Shown here: piece by piece, positions 9,555 to 18,491 of the stretch | How the letters are laid out: each line of letters starts with the position of its first letter | Numbering within the stretch: the first letter of the stretch is position 1 | Assembly (NCBI GenBank): GCA_001872315.1 | Contig: MNVZ01000007.1 | Location: 1-50,110, forward strand | Reading direction: 5' to 3' | Length of the DNA: 50,110 bases | Origin: Candidatus Pacearchaeota archaeon CG1_02_39_14 | GTDB taxonomy: Archaea > Nanobdellota > Nanobdellia > Pacearchaeales > GW2011-AR1 | Notes under the pieces: generated by a model | Databases searched by the model: none | Told to the model about the DNA's origin: nothing | What the model saw: only the letters and a program-made list of their open reading frames with translations | Made by a program: the position numbers and the translations under genes

Positions 9555-10168
9555 ATTTCCACTCCCAAAGGTTTGCTCATAGTAAATTTAAGCAGGACTT
9601 TCCTTACATTTTCTTTCTTTGTTGGAAGCGCATTTACAAGTGCGGCATAAACGGAATTGATGTTTTCAAGAATGTCCTTATCCTCCATGCTGGTCTTTCC
9701 AACAGGAATCTTTATGCTTGGTTCTTTTGCTCTTATTTTTACGGACCTTGAAATTCTTTCCAGAAGCGGCTTTATTACCTCCGGTGTTTCTTGGGTTATA
9801 ATTCCCATCTGGGGCGAGGGCATCTTGCCCGCAGGCCCAAGAGCTTTACCAAAATTTGTTGCGACCGCCGGCATTAATGATGCATGCGCAATGAAGAAGT
9901 CATAATCTTTGATAAGCTTTCTCAAAGCCGCCTTGTCTTTTCCATATCTCTGAAAATCAGGCTTTGTTATGGTCTTGACAAGATCGTTCTTTGCAGTCAG
10001 GAATCCGCATACTTTTTTGTCCTTGACCTTATTAGGAGTAACAGCAATAAAATTAACATTATCCTTCCTGATGTCAATCCCTTTAAGATTTACAATCAAG
10101 TCTACTGTCTGGTCAAATTTTCTTTCTTTCTGCTTCCTTAATTCATCTAATGCTTCTTGCAGCTTCAT
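9551..10168 (-). CDS. rpl1: 50S ribosomal protein uL1
   Basis: RKFDQTVDLIVNLKGID, YDFFIA, LGPAGKMP, KFTMSKP. Confidence 0.96.
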   Translation of the reverse strand: MKLQEALDELRKQKERKFDQTVDLIVNLKGIDIRKDNVNFIAVTPNKVKDKKVCGFLTAKNDLVKTITKPDFQRYGKDKAALRKLIKDYDFFIAHASLMPAVATNFGKALGPAGKMPSPQMGIITQETPEVIKPLLERISRSVKIRAKEPSIKIPVGKTSMEDKDILENINSVYAALVNALPTKKENVRKVLLKFTMSKPLGVEI

Positions 10169-10280
10169 TTTCGTGTTTTTTCTCCATAACCTCCTACATT
10201 CTGCCGGACAATCCCAGAATATCAGGACGCCCGGATGTAGTTTATTGGTTAATAGTCAAGAAGAAATTGGGTATTTAAAC
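10169..10280 (-). promoter_or_regulatory. rpl1 promoter and structured 5' leader
   Basis: TTTAAA at 10274-10279; hairpin 10194-10240 (CTACAT/ATGTAG, CCGGGC/GTCCGG) abutting GGAGGT. Confidence 0.5.
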
Positions 10281-10284
10281 TTTT

Positions 10285-10587
10285 TTAGTGAGTCTGCAAG
10301 CCAGGTACACCCAAAACAACTCTCCCATCCTCTATTAAATCAGTTATCCTTTCTTCAGGTCTTGCTTCCTGAAGATATCTTCTGCAAGTTAGGCCATATA
10401 CCTCTCCGCAAAGATAAAATAAGTCTCCACTTCTTATGTGCATAAATGGCTCAGGAATTTTAGCTGAGTCAATCATAACATCCCGTCTTGATTCAGAAAG
10501 ATTTCTCAATAATTCTCTAACAGTAGTCTCGAACCTTACGTTATGGACTCCATAATATGGTTCAAATCCTGGAATTATTTCACTCAT
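10285..10587 (-). CDS. Orphan ~100-aa protein downstream of vapC
   Basis: ATG 10587 (MSEIIPG). Linked to vapC through a 13-aa mini-ORF at 10584-10625. Confidence 0.55.
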   Translation of the reverse strand: MSEIIPGFEPYYGVHNVRFETTVRELLRNLSESRRDVMIDSAKIPEPFMHIRSGDLFYLCGEVYGLTCRRYLQEARPEERITDLIEDGRVVLGVPGLQTH

Positions 10588-10621
10588 TTTCTTAAAGCTT
10601 CCCCAAAAAGCTCTTTTATCC

Positions 10622-10996
10622 TCATTTCTTCCTGAACTCCACATTTTTAAAATTCTCAAATTCTTTATCTCCGGTAACAAAGGGATATCCGTTATTCATG
10701 GAAAAAACATACCCTACAGCATCAAAGAAGGAGATATTCTGTTTTTTATGCTCATGCTTGAATTTCATCGCCGCCTTAAGGACATATTTGTCAGCAGGAA
10801 CAGAATATCCTTCTAATTTCTTAAACCAGTAATCTGCGACTTTTTCTCCTTGCTCTCTCAATAAAACAATAAAGAATTCTGCCAAAGTGGTATCAGTTAT
10901 AACAAATTCAACATTTAGGTACTGGATAAAATTCTTATTCTCATTGGCTATTTCAATTAACGCGTATGTGTCCAGACATTTCTTTATCTCTCCCAT
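10622..10996 (-). CDS. vapC: PIN-domain toxin (VapC family)
   Basis: LDTYALI, TLAEF, ISFFDA, VTGDKEF: the PIN acidic tetrad. Confidence 0.9.
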   Translation of the reverse strand: MGEIKKCLDTYALIEIANENKNFIQYLNVEFVITDTTLAEFFIVLLREQGEKVADYWFKKLEGYSVPADKYVLKAAMKFKHEHKKQNISFFDAVGYVFSMNNGYPFVTGDKEFENFKNVEFRKK

Positions 10997-11211
10997 CTGC
11001 TTTCAAGCTCTTTTCTAACCTCTTTCAATAGTTGTTTGGTTGGTTTCTTGAATTTCACCGCCCCAAAAAGCTCTTTTAGCACATTGCCCTTTTTCTCAAT
11101 TTCTATGGTTATCTCTTCTTCAGGTTTGATATTCAATCTTTCGACAGCCTCGCTAGGTATAATAATTCCTATTGAGTTTCCCCATTTCTTTGTCCTAACT
11201 TCAACTGCCAT
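10984..11211 (-). CDS. vapB: AbrB/MazE-type antitoxin
   Basis: KKWGNSIGIIIP...LNIKPEEEI; directly upstream of and overlapping the PIN gene. Confidence 0.9.
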   Translation of the reverse strand: MAVEVRTKKWGNSIGIIIPSEAVERLNIKPEEEITIEIEKKGNVLKELFGAVKFKKPTKQLLKEVRKELESRWER

Positions 11212-11293
11212 TGTATAACTTTAATGTATAACTATTATTTAAAGGTTTCTGTGGGCTACTTTGTAAAAAGGAATTATCTTTTCCATTATCCAG

Positions 11294-11668
11294 CTATGGA
11301 TGGAAGTTAACTTGGTATTCAGGTATTCCTAACGAAAGCCCATATTCCTTAGCTTTATCATATTGTTCTTTACTTGTTCTGTCTATCTTGAAGATTTTAT
11401 TTTTGAATATTATAAAGTGAGTCTTATCATTCTTAAAATCAGCATACCACTCGTGCTCAGAATCAAGTGCCTTGCTTAAATCTTCGGCAATTTTATCTGC
11501 TTGAGATTCTATTATTTCAACAGCGTGTAATGTCCACTGCTTTACCCATGGAGTTTTGTGTCTTTCAGTAATTTCTTCAACTTCTGTCTTCACAATTTTT
11601 ATCTTTTTCAGAACACTTTTATTTTCTAGACTTTCTTCTATTATTACTCCAATGAAATTATCTTCCAT
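11294..11668 (-). CDS. Hypothetical protein
   Basis: 124-aa ORF (GVIIEESL, WTLH.VE, WYADFKN, G..LGIPEYQ); starts 2 nt after the previous stop. Confidence 0.8.
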   Translation of the reverse strand: MEDNFIGVIIEESLENKSVLKKIKIVKTEVEEITERHKTPWVKQWTLHAVEIIESQADKIAEDLSKALDSEHEWYADFKNDKTHFIIFKNKIFKIDRTSKEQYDKAKEYGLSLGIPEYQVNFHP

Positions 11669-11670
11669 CT

Positions 11671-12111
11671 CTACAGCTTCCCCAAATACTCTTTTATCCT
11701 GTCAATCGTCTGTGGAATGAGAAAGCCCTCAATCTTCTTCTCAAAGATTTCTGAAAGAGGCTCGAACTCTGACAGGCGATAATTATTATTTTTCTTGTCA
11801 ACAATCATTAAATCTCTCAATCTTTTAAGCTGCCTGCGCACATTGCTTTCAGCAAGCCCCTTCTCATCCAGGGAATGCTCTTTTCTCAATTCCTTTACTT
11901 TATCAATTATCTCAAAGCTTGTCAGCTCCTTTTTGTTTACCCTTCCGGCCTCAAGAGCCATTAAAATATCAACAACAACATCTCTGGAATCTCCGGGCTG
12001 CAATAATCCAAGAGAAAGACAGACCTTCTTTATCAGTTCCCTTTTCCCGGAATCATATGGCCTTTCATATTTCCTTAAGGTAATTTCATGCAAAGGCAAA
12101 TCTTTAACCAT
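11671..12111 (-). CDS. Winged-HTH-like protein
   Basis: LAESNVRRQLKRLRDLMIVDK..NNYRL fits a recognition helix plus wing. Confidence 0.7.
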   Translation of the reverse strand: MVKDLPLHEITLRKYERPYDSGKRELIKKVCLSLGLLQPGDSRDVVVDILMALEAGRVNKKELTSFEIIDKVKELRKEHSLDEKGLAESNVRRQLKRLRDLMIVDKKNNNYRLSEFEPLSEIFEKKIEGFLIPQTIDRIKEYLGKL

Positions 12112-12248
12112 AATTATCTATAACCCCGGTCGTTATAAAATTATCTTTTACTACTATCTCTTATCCGGAAAATGAAGAAAGTGTGAAAAGGAATATTGCG
12201 ATAATAACCTACAATAATAATTATAAACCTCTCTTTTTCATAGTTATC

Positions 12249-12602
12249 ATGGAATTAGTAGCATTTCTCGGCCAGGATAAAGAAACATGGGGGCAGGTTA
12301 CTGGCCTGATAAACAAAGGGGACTGGGAAAAAATTATACTTGTAAAATCAAAGGATTCAGAGACATTTCCCGTGCCTGAAAATGGAAAAGAAATAATGAT
12401 AGATTCATCAAAGCCCCTTTTAGATATAAAGTCAGATTTGTTAAAAAAATTAAAGCCACATCTTTCAGGCCTTGAATGCTCCCTGTCAATAGCTTCTGGA
12501 AATGGAAAAGAGCATATGGCTTTGATTTCAGCCCTTTTATCCCTGCCAGTAGGAATAAGGCTGGCAGTCTTCACAAAACAGGGCGTTGAATTCATCAACT
12601 AA
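12249..12602 (+). CDS. Hypothetical protein, possible stand-alone CARF-like Rossmann domain
   Basis: Start moved to ATG 12249 (MELVAFLG); WEKIILV and LSIASGNGKEHMAL motifs. Confidence 0.7.
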   Translation: MELVAFLGQDKETWGQVTGLINKGDWEKIILVKSKDSETFPVPENGKEIMIDSSKPLLDIKSDLLKKLKPHLSGLECSLSIASGNGKEHMALISALLSLPVGIRLAVFTKQGVEFIN

Positions 12603-12603
12603 G

Positions 12604-13212
12604 ATGCCGAAGCAATTTCTTTTTCTCTATCCTATAAGCGATTATTTCCAGACTTTGATCGGGTGGGAGATTTCGGGATTTAAGGAATACACTTTAAGAA
12701 GGGTATCTGACATAGTTGACAAGAGATATCGGCAGGAAAGATTTGATGTTAACTGGGTATTTTTTGCGGGAAAAAAGGCGAATGTTCCTGATATTTCAAT
12801 AGGGCAAAAAGGAATAAACATAAGGCATTCTGACAGAAAACTTTCCAGCGGGGTGAGATATAATGTGCATGCGGGGAATACTGTCCATCCAAACCCTTCT
12901 TATATTCTTGACCAGCTTCCACCACATACAACTCTGGTTGTCGCAGGATTTCACCAATGGAATTGTGTTGACAAAGTAGCTTCTGCTTCTTATAAGAGGG
13001 GGATAAATGTCTATGTCGACGAAGATATAACAGACACAGGAATAAACAGGATACTGATGATGAGGGATGTTCCTGTTATTAGAAGAAACCAGACTCTTGA
13101 ATCTGTCTTTTCCCCAGTGATGGGAGGGCCCTTAAGAGAATCTTTTCTTTCAGCAAGAGAAGGCAAGCCCTGGCTTCTGCAGCCCTCTTCCGGCCAGCCA
13201 GGTTATTCATAA
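12604..13212 (+). CDS. Divergent cysteine hydrolase (isochorismatase-like) protein
   Basis: LVVAGFHQWNCVDKVA...RGINVYVDED resembles the C-terminal motif of the family. ATG 12604 is 1 nt after the upstream stop. Confidence 0.55.
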   Translation: MPKQFLFLYPISDYFQTLIGWEISGFKEYTLRRVSDIVDKRYRQERFDVNWVFFAGKKANVPDISIGQKGINIRHSDRKLSSGVRYNVHAGNTVHPNPSYILDQLPPHTTLVVAGFHQWNCVDKVASASYKRGINVYVDEDITDTGINRILMMRDVPVIRRNQTLESVFSPVMGGPLRESFLSAREGKPWLLQPSSGQPGYS

Positions 13213-13845
13213 GTTTTCAATCTTCTTCTCAATCCATCTGCAGGCATCAACAAAATCTTTTGCAATGTAGATTCTTTCCGAATATTTTTTCTTTAATGCC
13301 TTTACTTTAAGCTTATGCTCTTTTCTTGTTATTTTTGAAGGCACATATACAGAATGCCCTCCAGCATTTATTCCTGTAAGCATATCTTCATCTTTATCCC
13401 CTATAAAAAATACTTTTCCATTTTCAACTAACCTGGTCCAATCAAGCCCGTTTTCCTTCGCTCCAAGTTTCAGCATTCCGGTGCCAGGCTTTCTCATGCC
13501 GTCATTTTTTATCCATTTCCTATCCTTAATTCCTGCATGTTCCGCGTATGTTGCGTCAACAAAAACGCTAAAATACCATCCATCGAGAATAATCTTGTCT
13601 TTTTTCAGCATTCTGGTAATTTCATTGCAGACGTCTTCAGCTCTCTTTGCAGTATAGAGTTCCCGTGCAATGCCGGATTGATTGGAAGCAACTATTATCT
13701 TTGCGTCAAGACCCTTCAGAATTTTAAGGCCCTCAATAACCCCTGGAAGAATCTTGACATGTTCTTTCCAGTTATCTTCACTTCCAAGATATCCTTTATC
13801 TTCAACAAGAGTATTATCTCTGTCAACACCAATAAGGTAAGTCAT
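13207..13845 (-). CDS. HAD-IIIA phosphatase, GmhB/histidinol-phosphatase-like
   Basis: DRDNTL, SNQSGIAR, RKPGTGM, FIGDK..D...G..AG. Confidence 0.88.
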   Translation of the reverse strand: MTYLIGVDRDNTLVEDKGYLGSEDNWKEHVKILPGVIEGLKILKGLDAKIIVASNQSGIARELYTAKRAEDVCNEITRMLKKDKIILDGWYFSVFVDATYAEHAGIKDRKWIKNDGMRKPGTGMLKLGAKENGLDWTRLVENGKVFFIGDKDEDMLTGINAGGHSVYVPSKITRKEHKLKVKALKKKYSERIYIAKDFVDACRWIEKKIENL

Positions 13846-13875
13846 CTTATTTGATTATTTTAAGGTTATAAATAT

Positions 13876-15291
13876 TTAAGCAAAATTAAATGCCCATCTG
13901 ACAACCATCAGGACGAGCATGAACAGGATTATCCATGTAGCATACTGATAAGCCTTTCTTCCCCAAGTCTCTCTTCCTGTTATTCCCCAAACCGTAAGGT
14001 AGAAGAATCTTCCTCCGTCAAGTATGGAAACAGGAAGCATATTGAAAAGAGCAACTAAAATATTTATCATCACAATCCACCATAACAAATCATATATGAA
14101 CTGCACAAATTCTCCATCCCATGAGGGCTCATAATAGACAAGAGGGTCCCTTATGCTTTGTATTACAGAGAATATGGCTCCACTCAACCCACTATCACTT
14201 CCCCTTATGAATCCGATTCCAAGATAAGCCCTCCCATCTTTTTCAGAAAGTTCAATTTCCTTTGTTATTTCCATGCCCGTCTCATCAAAAGTCCTTATCT
14301 TTATCATGTCCCCGGGAGAATATTCAGATAATTTCGCTGCAAGACTTTCTGGACTTGTCATTATTTCTCCATCTATAGCAAGTATGGGCCCATTGAGCTT
14401 TTCTCTGATTGCAGGGGCGTCATCGAAAACAATTATCTCCTTAGCTTCTGTTTCTAAGGCAACTTCAAGGCTCTTACTAGGCACAAGGAATATTTTCTCA
14501 TCGATTGAAATTTCATTAAGGCCCTCATCTGCAAAAAATTCCCTTCCCTCTTCAAGACTGTCTATTAGGTTTCCATTTATTCCTGTGATGCTCTCAACAT
14601 TGATTGCCGCCTGGGGATATGCATTAAACTTGACTCCTGCCGCCTGGAAGCTTGCAGAAAAGAACAAGGCCAGAACAATCAGGAAAAGCAGAGTCATTAC
14701 GACATTCGCAAAAGTCCCAGCAGCGAGGACAGATAACTGTTGGAACTTTCCTTTTTTAGCCATTTGTTTTTCATCCGGCTCAACAAACGCCCCGAAAAAT
14801 GGCCCGAAGAATGCCAGTCCCGTGGTCTTGACCTTTATTCCGTTTAATCTTGCAAAGATTCCATGGGCAAATTCGTGTGAAACAGCAACAATGGCAAGGG
14901 CTATCAAGAAGTATGTGAAATACAGAGGAGGGAAAAATGACTCAAGTCCAAAAAGTTTTGGAAAATATGGGATTAAAGGAGCCACAGGGGGAACATTCTT
15001 TAGCTGTTCAGGGATGTCCGTTGTTATATATCTCCAGACTGAAAGGCCCATAAGCCACACAATTCCGGCCATCAGGATGTACCCTGATGCAACAACTACA
15101 TATTGTAAAGGCTTGAGGATTTTTTCAAAGGTTTTTGATGTCCACTCTATGAACTTTAAGCCAAACTGGCTGTGATAAAGAAAAATCCACCCGTGCCTTT
15201 TCAGATTTTTTTTATTTTTATGGAGCAGAAGAAAAGCAACAACTGCGAATATCACCATAAAAACTAAGTCGTATGCTATGAAACTAACCAT
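13876..15291 (-). CDS. Site-2 protease (M50) with PDZ-like insert
   Basis: HEFAHG, GAFVEPD, AAGTFAN, NMLPVSILDGG; multiple TM segments. Confidence 0.93.
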   Translation of the reverse strand: MVSFIAYDLVFMVIFAVVAFLLLHKNKKNLKRHGWIFLYHSQFGLKFIEWTSKTFEKILKPLQYVVVASGYILMAGIVWLMGLSVWRYITTDIPEQLKNVPPVAPLIPYFPKLFGLESFFPPLYFTYFLIALAIVAVSHEFAHGIFARLNGIKVKTTGLAFFGPFFGAFVEPDEKQMAKKGKFQQLSVLAAGTFANVVMTLLFLIVLALFFSASFQAAGVKFNAYPQAAINVESITGINGNLIDSLEEGREFFADEGLNEISIDEKIFLVPSKSLEVALETEAKEIIVFDDAPAIREKLNGPILAIDGEIMTSPESLAAKLSEYSPGDMIKIRTFDETGMEITKEIELSEKDGRAYLGIGFIRGSDSGLSGAIFSVIQSIRDPLVYYEPSWDGEFVQFIYDLLWWIVMINILVALFNMLPVSILDGGRFFYLTVWGITGRETWGRKAYQYATWIILFMLVLMVVRWAFNFA

Positions 15292-15299
15292 CTCTTTAT

Positions 15300-15470
15300 T
15301 TACTTCTTCTTGGCTTTTTTGGGCCTAAAAGCATTCTTTCCACATCTTCTGCATCTCACTTTACCTGCTATTACTCTGACAGAATCTGTCTTCATTTTTT
15401 GCCCGCAGTCCTTGCAAACAAAAACATTTTTGAACATTCTTGTTTGGGCTGCAGGAATTTTAGTACCCAT
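15300..15470 (-). CDS. rpl40e: 50S ribosomal protein eL40
   Basis: Translated by hand: MGTKIPAAQTRMFKNVFVCKDCGQKMKTDSVRVIAGKVRCRRCGKNAFRPKKAKKK. Confidence 0.85.
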   Translation of the reverse strand: MGTKIPAAQTRMFKNVFVCKDCGQKMKTDSVRVIAGKVRCRRCGKNAFRPKKAKKK

Positions 15471-15506
15471 ATCAATCCTTGTAAAAAAGTGTTTTTAAAT
15501 CTATCC

Positions 15507-15893
15507 TTAAAGAACTCTCTTAACTATCTTCGTCCCTTCTATATCCCAGTATTCAACCTGCTTCTCAATCTCAAGTTGATCCTTGACCTCTTCGTCAAAA
15601 GCAACGTCCAGAGTCTCAAAACTCTCCATATCCATCAGACTTACTGTGCTTTCAGAGATACTTAGTACCTGGCCCTTCCTCTTCTCAATCAATGGAACCT
15701 CAAATCTTTCATGTCCGGGAACCGCAATGACTTTTTTCTTTCCGCCTATTATTGCTATTGCTTCAATTCTACACTTGCTGGCGCCATGCTTCCCTGTTTT
15801 GCTTATGTCATTGCTTCTTACTGTATAAGCATCACCTTCAACAATTATTGTGGTTCCTGTTCTTGCTTCTGTAGCATTAATTAGCTTCAACAT
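15507..15893 (-). CDS. eif5a: Translation factor aIF5A
   Basis: SKTGKHG hypusination motif, LMDMESFET; start moved to ATG 15893. Confidence 0.95.
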   Translation of the reverse strand: MLKLINATEARTGTTIIVEGDAYTVRSNDISKTGKHGASKCRIEAIAIIGGKKKVIAVPGHERFEVPLIEKRKGQVLSISESTVSLMDMESFETLDVAFDEEVKDQLEIEKQVEYWDIEGTKIVKRVL

Positions 15894-15914
15894 AATTTTC
15901 TTAAATTGAAAATG

Positions 15915-15922
15915 TTTATAAA
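15915..15922. promoter_or_regulatory. Palindromic TATA box centred between divergent aIF5A and FKBP genes
   Basis: TTTATAAA lies 21 nt from each start codon (15893 and 15944). Confidence 0.55.
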
Positions 15923-15943
15923 ACTTCCTAATCAAAGTCAGCT

Positions 15944-16636
15944 ATGAATAATGAGACAAAAGTAAAGAAAGGAGATTTTGTTGAAATCCATTATACTGGA
16001 AAAGCAAACGGAAATGTCTTTGATTCAAACATCTCTGAAGATTTAAAATCTCTTGATTCAAAAGCAGAACCAAAGAAAACCATAGTAGTCATAGGCGAAA
16101 ATATGCTTGTTCCAGGCCTTGACAGGGAAATTGAAGGAAAAGAGCCGGGAAAAGAATACTCATGTGTCATAAGCGCAAAAGAAGGGTTTGGTCCAAGAAG
16201 AAGGGAACTTGTGAAAACAATTCCTCTTTCAGTTTTCACTAAGCAAAAAATAAATCCAAGGCCTGGGGCTTCCCTGCTTATGGACAATCATCTTGTGAGA
16301 ATAATAACTGTTTCAGGAGCAAGAGTAATAGCCGATTTTAACAATCCCTTGTCGGGAAAGGATTTGGAATACAAGTTCATCATTGACAGGATTGTTGACT
16401 CTGATTCTGAAAAGGCAGAGACTCTCTTTGATTTCTTTTTCAGGACGATTCCGGAATTTTCTATAAAGGAAAAAGAGATTTTAGTCAAACTTCCAAAAGA
16501 AGCAGAGCCTTTAATCAGCCTGTTCTCTGAAAAATTTGAAAAACTGATGGGAAAAAGCCTGAAATTGGAGATTCCACAGGATTCATCGAAACCCGAAAAT
16601 GGGAACAAAACTGAAGATAAGAGCAATCCCCTATAA
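15944..16636 (+). CDS. FKBP-type peptidyl-prolyl isomerase (long archaeal SlyD-like)
   Basis: KKGDFVEIHYTG, VFDSN, GFGPR, DFNNPLSGKDL. Confidence 0.92.
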   Translation: MNNETKVKKGDFVEIHYTGKANGNVFDSNISEDLKSLDSKAEPKKTIVVIGENMLVPGLDREIEGKEPGKEYSCVISAKEGFGPRRRELVKTIPLSVFTKQKINPRPGASLLMDNHLVRIITVSGARVIADFNNPLSGKDLEYKFIIDRIVDSDSEKAETLFDFFFRTIPEFSIKEKEILVKLPKEAEPLISLFSEKFEKLMGKSLKLEIPQDSSKPENGNKTEDKSNPL

Positions 16637-16670
16637 TAATCCTTATAAATCTCCCTCCATTCGTTAAAAT

Positions 16671-17756
16671 ATGCCGGATATCTCATTTGAAAAAGAGCAG
16701 CACTCAAGCATCGATCAGGAATTAGAATCCCTTCTTCAGAAGCAGTCAGCAAGAATAAAAGTTGTAGGATGTGGAGGAGGAGGAGGAAATTCTGTTTCCA
16801 GAATGAAAGAGGTGGGCGTGAAAGGATGTGAGGTCATAGCCCTAAATACTGATGCGCAGGATCTTCTTTATACAACTGTAGACCATAAAATTCTGATAGG
16901 CAGGGAATTAACGCATGGCCTCGGGGCAGGAAGCAATCCAAAAGTAGGGGAAGAGGCGGCAAGAGAATCCGAGACCGAGATAAAAAAGAGGATTTCAAAT
17001 TCAGATATGGTTTTCATAACCTGCGGACTTGGAGGAGGAACAGGAACAGGAGCAGCTCCGGTTGTCGCAGAGCTCGCAAAAAAGCAGGGAGCTCTTGTAA
17101 TAGCGATTGTTACCCTTCCATTTACCGTCGAGGGTCAGAAGAGAATAGAAAACGCACAATATGGGCTGGAAAGGCTGGAGTCAATAGTTGATACACTTAT
17201 AGTAGTTCCAAATGACAAGCTCTTGGAATTAGCCCCCGAACTGCCTCTTCATACTGCGTTCAAGGTTGCGGATGAGATTCTCACAAATTCAGTCAAGGGA
17301 ATTGCTGAACTGATTACCACATCCGGATTGGTTAATCTGGACTTTGCAGATGTAAAGGCCGTGATGTCCAATGGAGGAGTTTCTCTGATAGGAATAGGGG
17401 AGTCAGACTCATCTCAAAATCGTGCAATTGAGGCCGTTGAAAGGGCTATTAACAATCCTCTTCTTGACGTGGATATAAAGAATGCACAGGGGGCGCTGGT
17501 TAATGTCATAGGAGGAAACGATATGTCTCTGGACGAATATAAGGTGATAATGGAGGCTCTCGGAAACAAGATTGCCCAGGATGCTAAAATAATCTCCGGT
17601 GCTCAAATTTCGGCAGATATGGAAAAATCGATAAAAGTTCTCCTTATAGTCACAGGAGTGAGGAGTTCCCAAATTCTCGGCTCCGGGTCCAAATCGTCTT
17701 CAACAGCCCATGACCAGCTGGAAGAGGAATTAGGCATAGATTTTCTGGAGGATTAA
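16671..17756 (+). CDS. ftsZ: Cell division protein FtsZ
   Basis: GCGGGGGN, NTDAQDL, GGGTGTG, NLDFADV. Confidence 0.98.
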   Translation: MPDISFEKEQHSSIDQELESLLQKQSARIKVVGCGGGGGNSVSRMKEVGVKGCEVIALNTDAQDLLYTTVDHKILIGRELTHGLGAGSNPKVGEEAARESETEIKKRISNSDMVFITCGLGGGTGTGAAPVVAELAKKQGALVIAIVTLPFTVEGQKRIENAQYGLERLESIVDTLIVVPNDKLLELAPELPLHTAFKVADEILTNSVKGIAELITTSGLVNLDFADVKAVMSNGGVSLIGIGESDSSQNRAIEAVERAINNPLLDVDIKNAQGALVNVIGGNDMSLDEYKVIMEALGNKIAQDAKIISGAQISADMEKSIKVLLIVTGVRSSQILGSGSKSSSTAHDQLEEELGIDFLED

Positions 17757-17786
17757 TTTTTTAAACCCGGTTCTGCTTAACTTTTG

Positions 17787-17951
17787 ATGCAAAGGCTAAA
17801 ATCATTCATGCTTCAGTCAAGAAGGGTATGGAAACTCCTTAGAAAGCCTTCATCCGAGGAGTTCAAGACAATCACTAAAGTTTCAGCTCTCGGGATACTG
17901 GTTTTGGGTGCCGCAGGATTTGTAATAGCCACATTGATGGAAATCTTCTGA
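17787..17951 (+). CDS. secE: Protein translocase SecE/Sec61-gamma
   Basis: Translated by hand: MQRLKSFMLQSRRVWKLLRKPSSEEFKTITKVSALGILVLGAAGFVIATLMEIF; ftsZ-secE-spt5 order. Confidence 0.93.
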   Translation: MQRLKSFMLQSRRVWKLLRKPSSEEFKTITKVSALGILVLGAAGFVIATLMEIF

Positions 17952-18026
17952 AACAATAAATTTATAAATCATTCAAAACCTTTTTGAATACTACTTCTTT
18001 GGTATTAGGAGTAGTGGAGCATCAAA

Positions 18027-18491
18027 ATGGCAATATATATTGTTAAAGTCACGACAAACAAAGAAGCAAAGGCATTGGAAATGATTGCTGACAAGGCCAG
18101 AAAGAAAAACCTTGAAATCTATTCTATAGTCAACCCTCATGGATTAAGGGGATACATTATAGTCGAAGCTCTCGATAAGGATTCAGTTGAAGAAGCAGCT
18201 TACAATCTTCCTTACGTTAAGGGAATTCTTCCTAAAGTCATAACCTATGATGAAATTAAGAACATGCTTCAGCCTGAAATTGAAGACTTCAATATAGAAG
18301 TTGGAGATATCGTCGAGATGATTGCAGACACTTTCAAGAATGAGAAAGGAAAAGTCATGAGGATAGACAAGAAGAAGGGAGAAGTTGTTGTTTCTCTTCT
18401 TGGAGCGGCAGTTCCTATTCCAGTAACAGTAAAAATGGACAACGTAAGAGTTATAAGGCGTGAAAAAGACCAGGAGGATGAAGAACAATGA
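18027..18491 (+). CDS. spt5: Transcription elongation factor Spt5/NusG
   Basis: LRGYIIVEA, KOW motif GDIVE....FK.EKGKV, PIPVTV. Confidence 0.95.
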   Translation: MAIYIVKVTTNKEAKALEMIADKARKKNLEIYSIVNPHGLRGYIIVEALDKDSVEEAAYNLPYVKGILPKVITYDEIKNMLQPEIEDFNIEVGDIVEMIADTFKNEKGKVMRIDKKKGEVVVSLLGAAVPIPVTVKMDNVRVIRREKDQEDEEQ

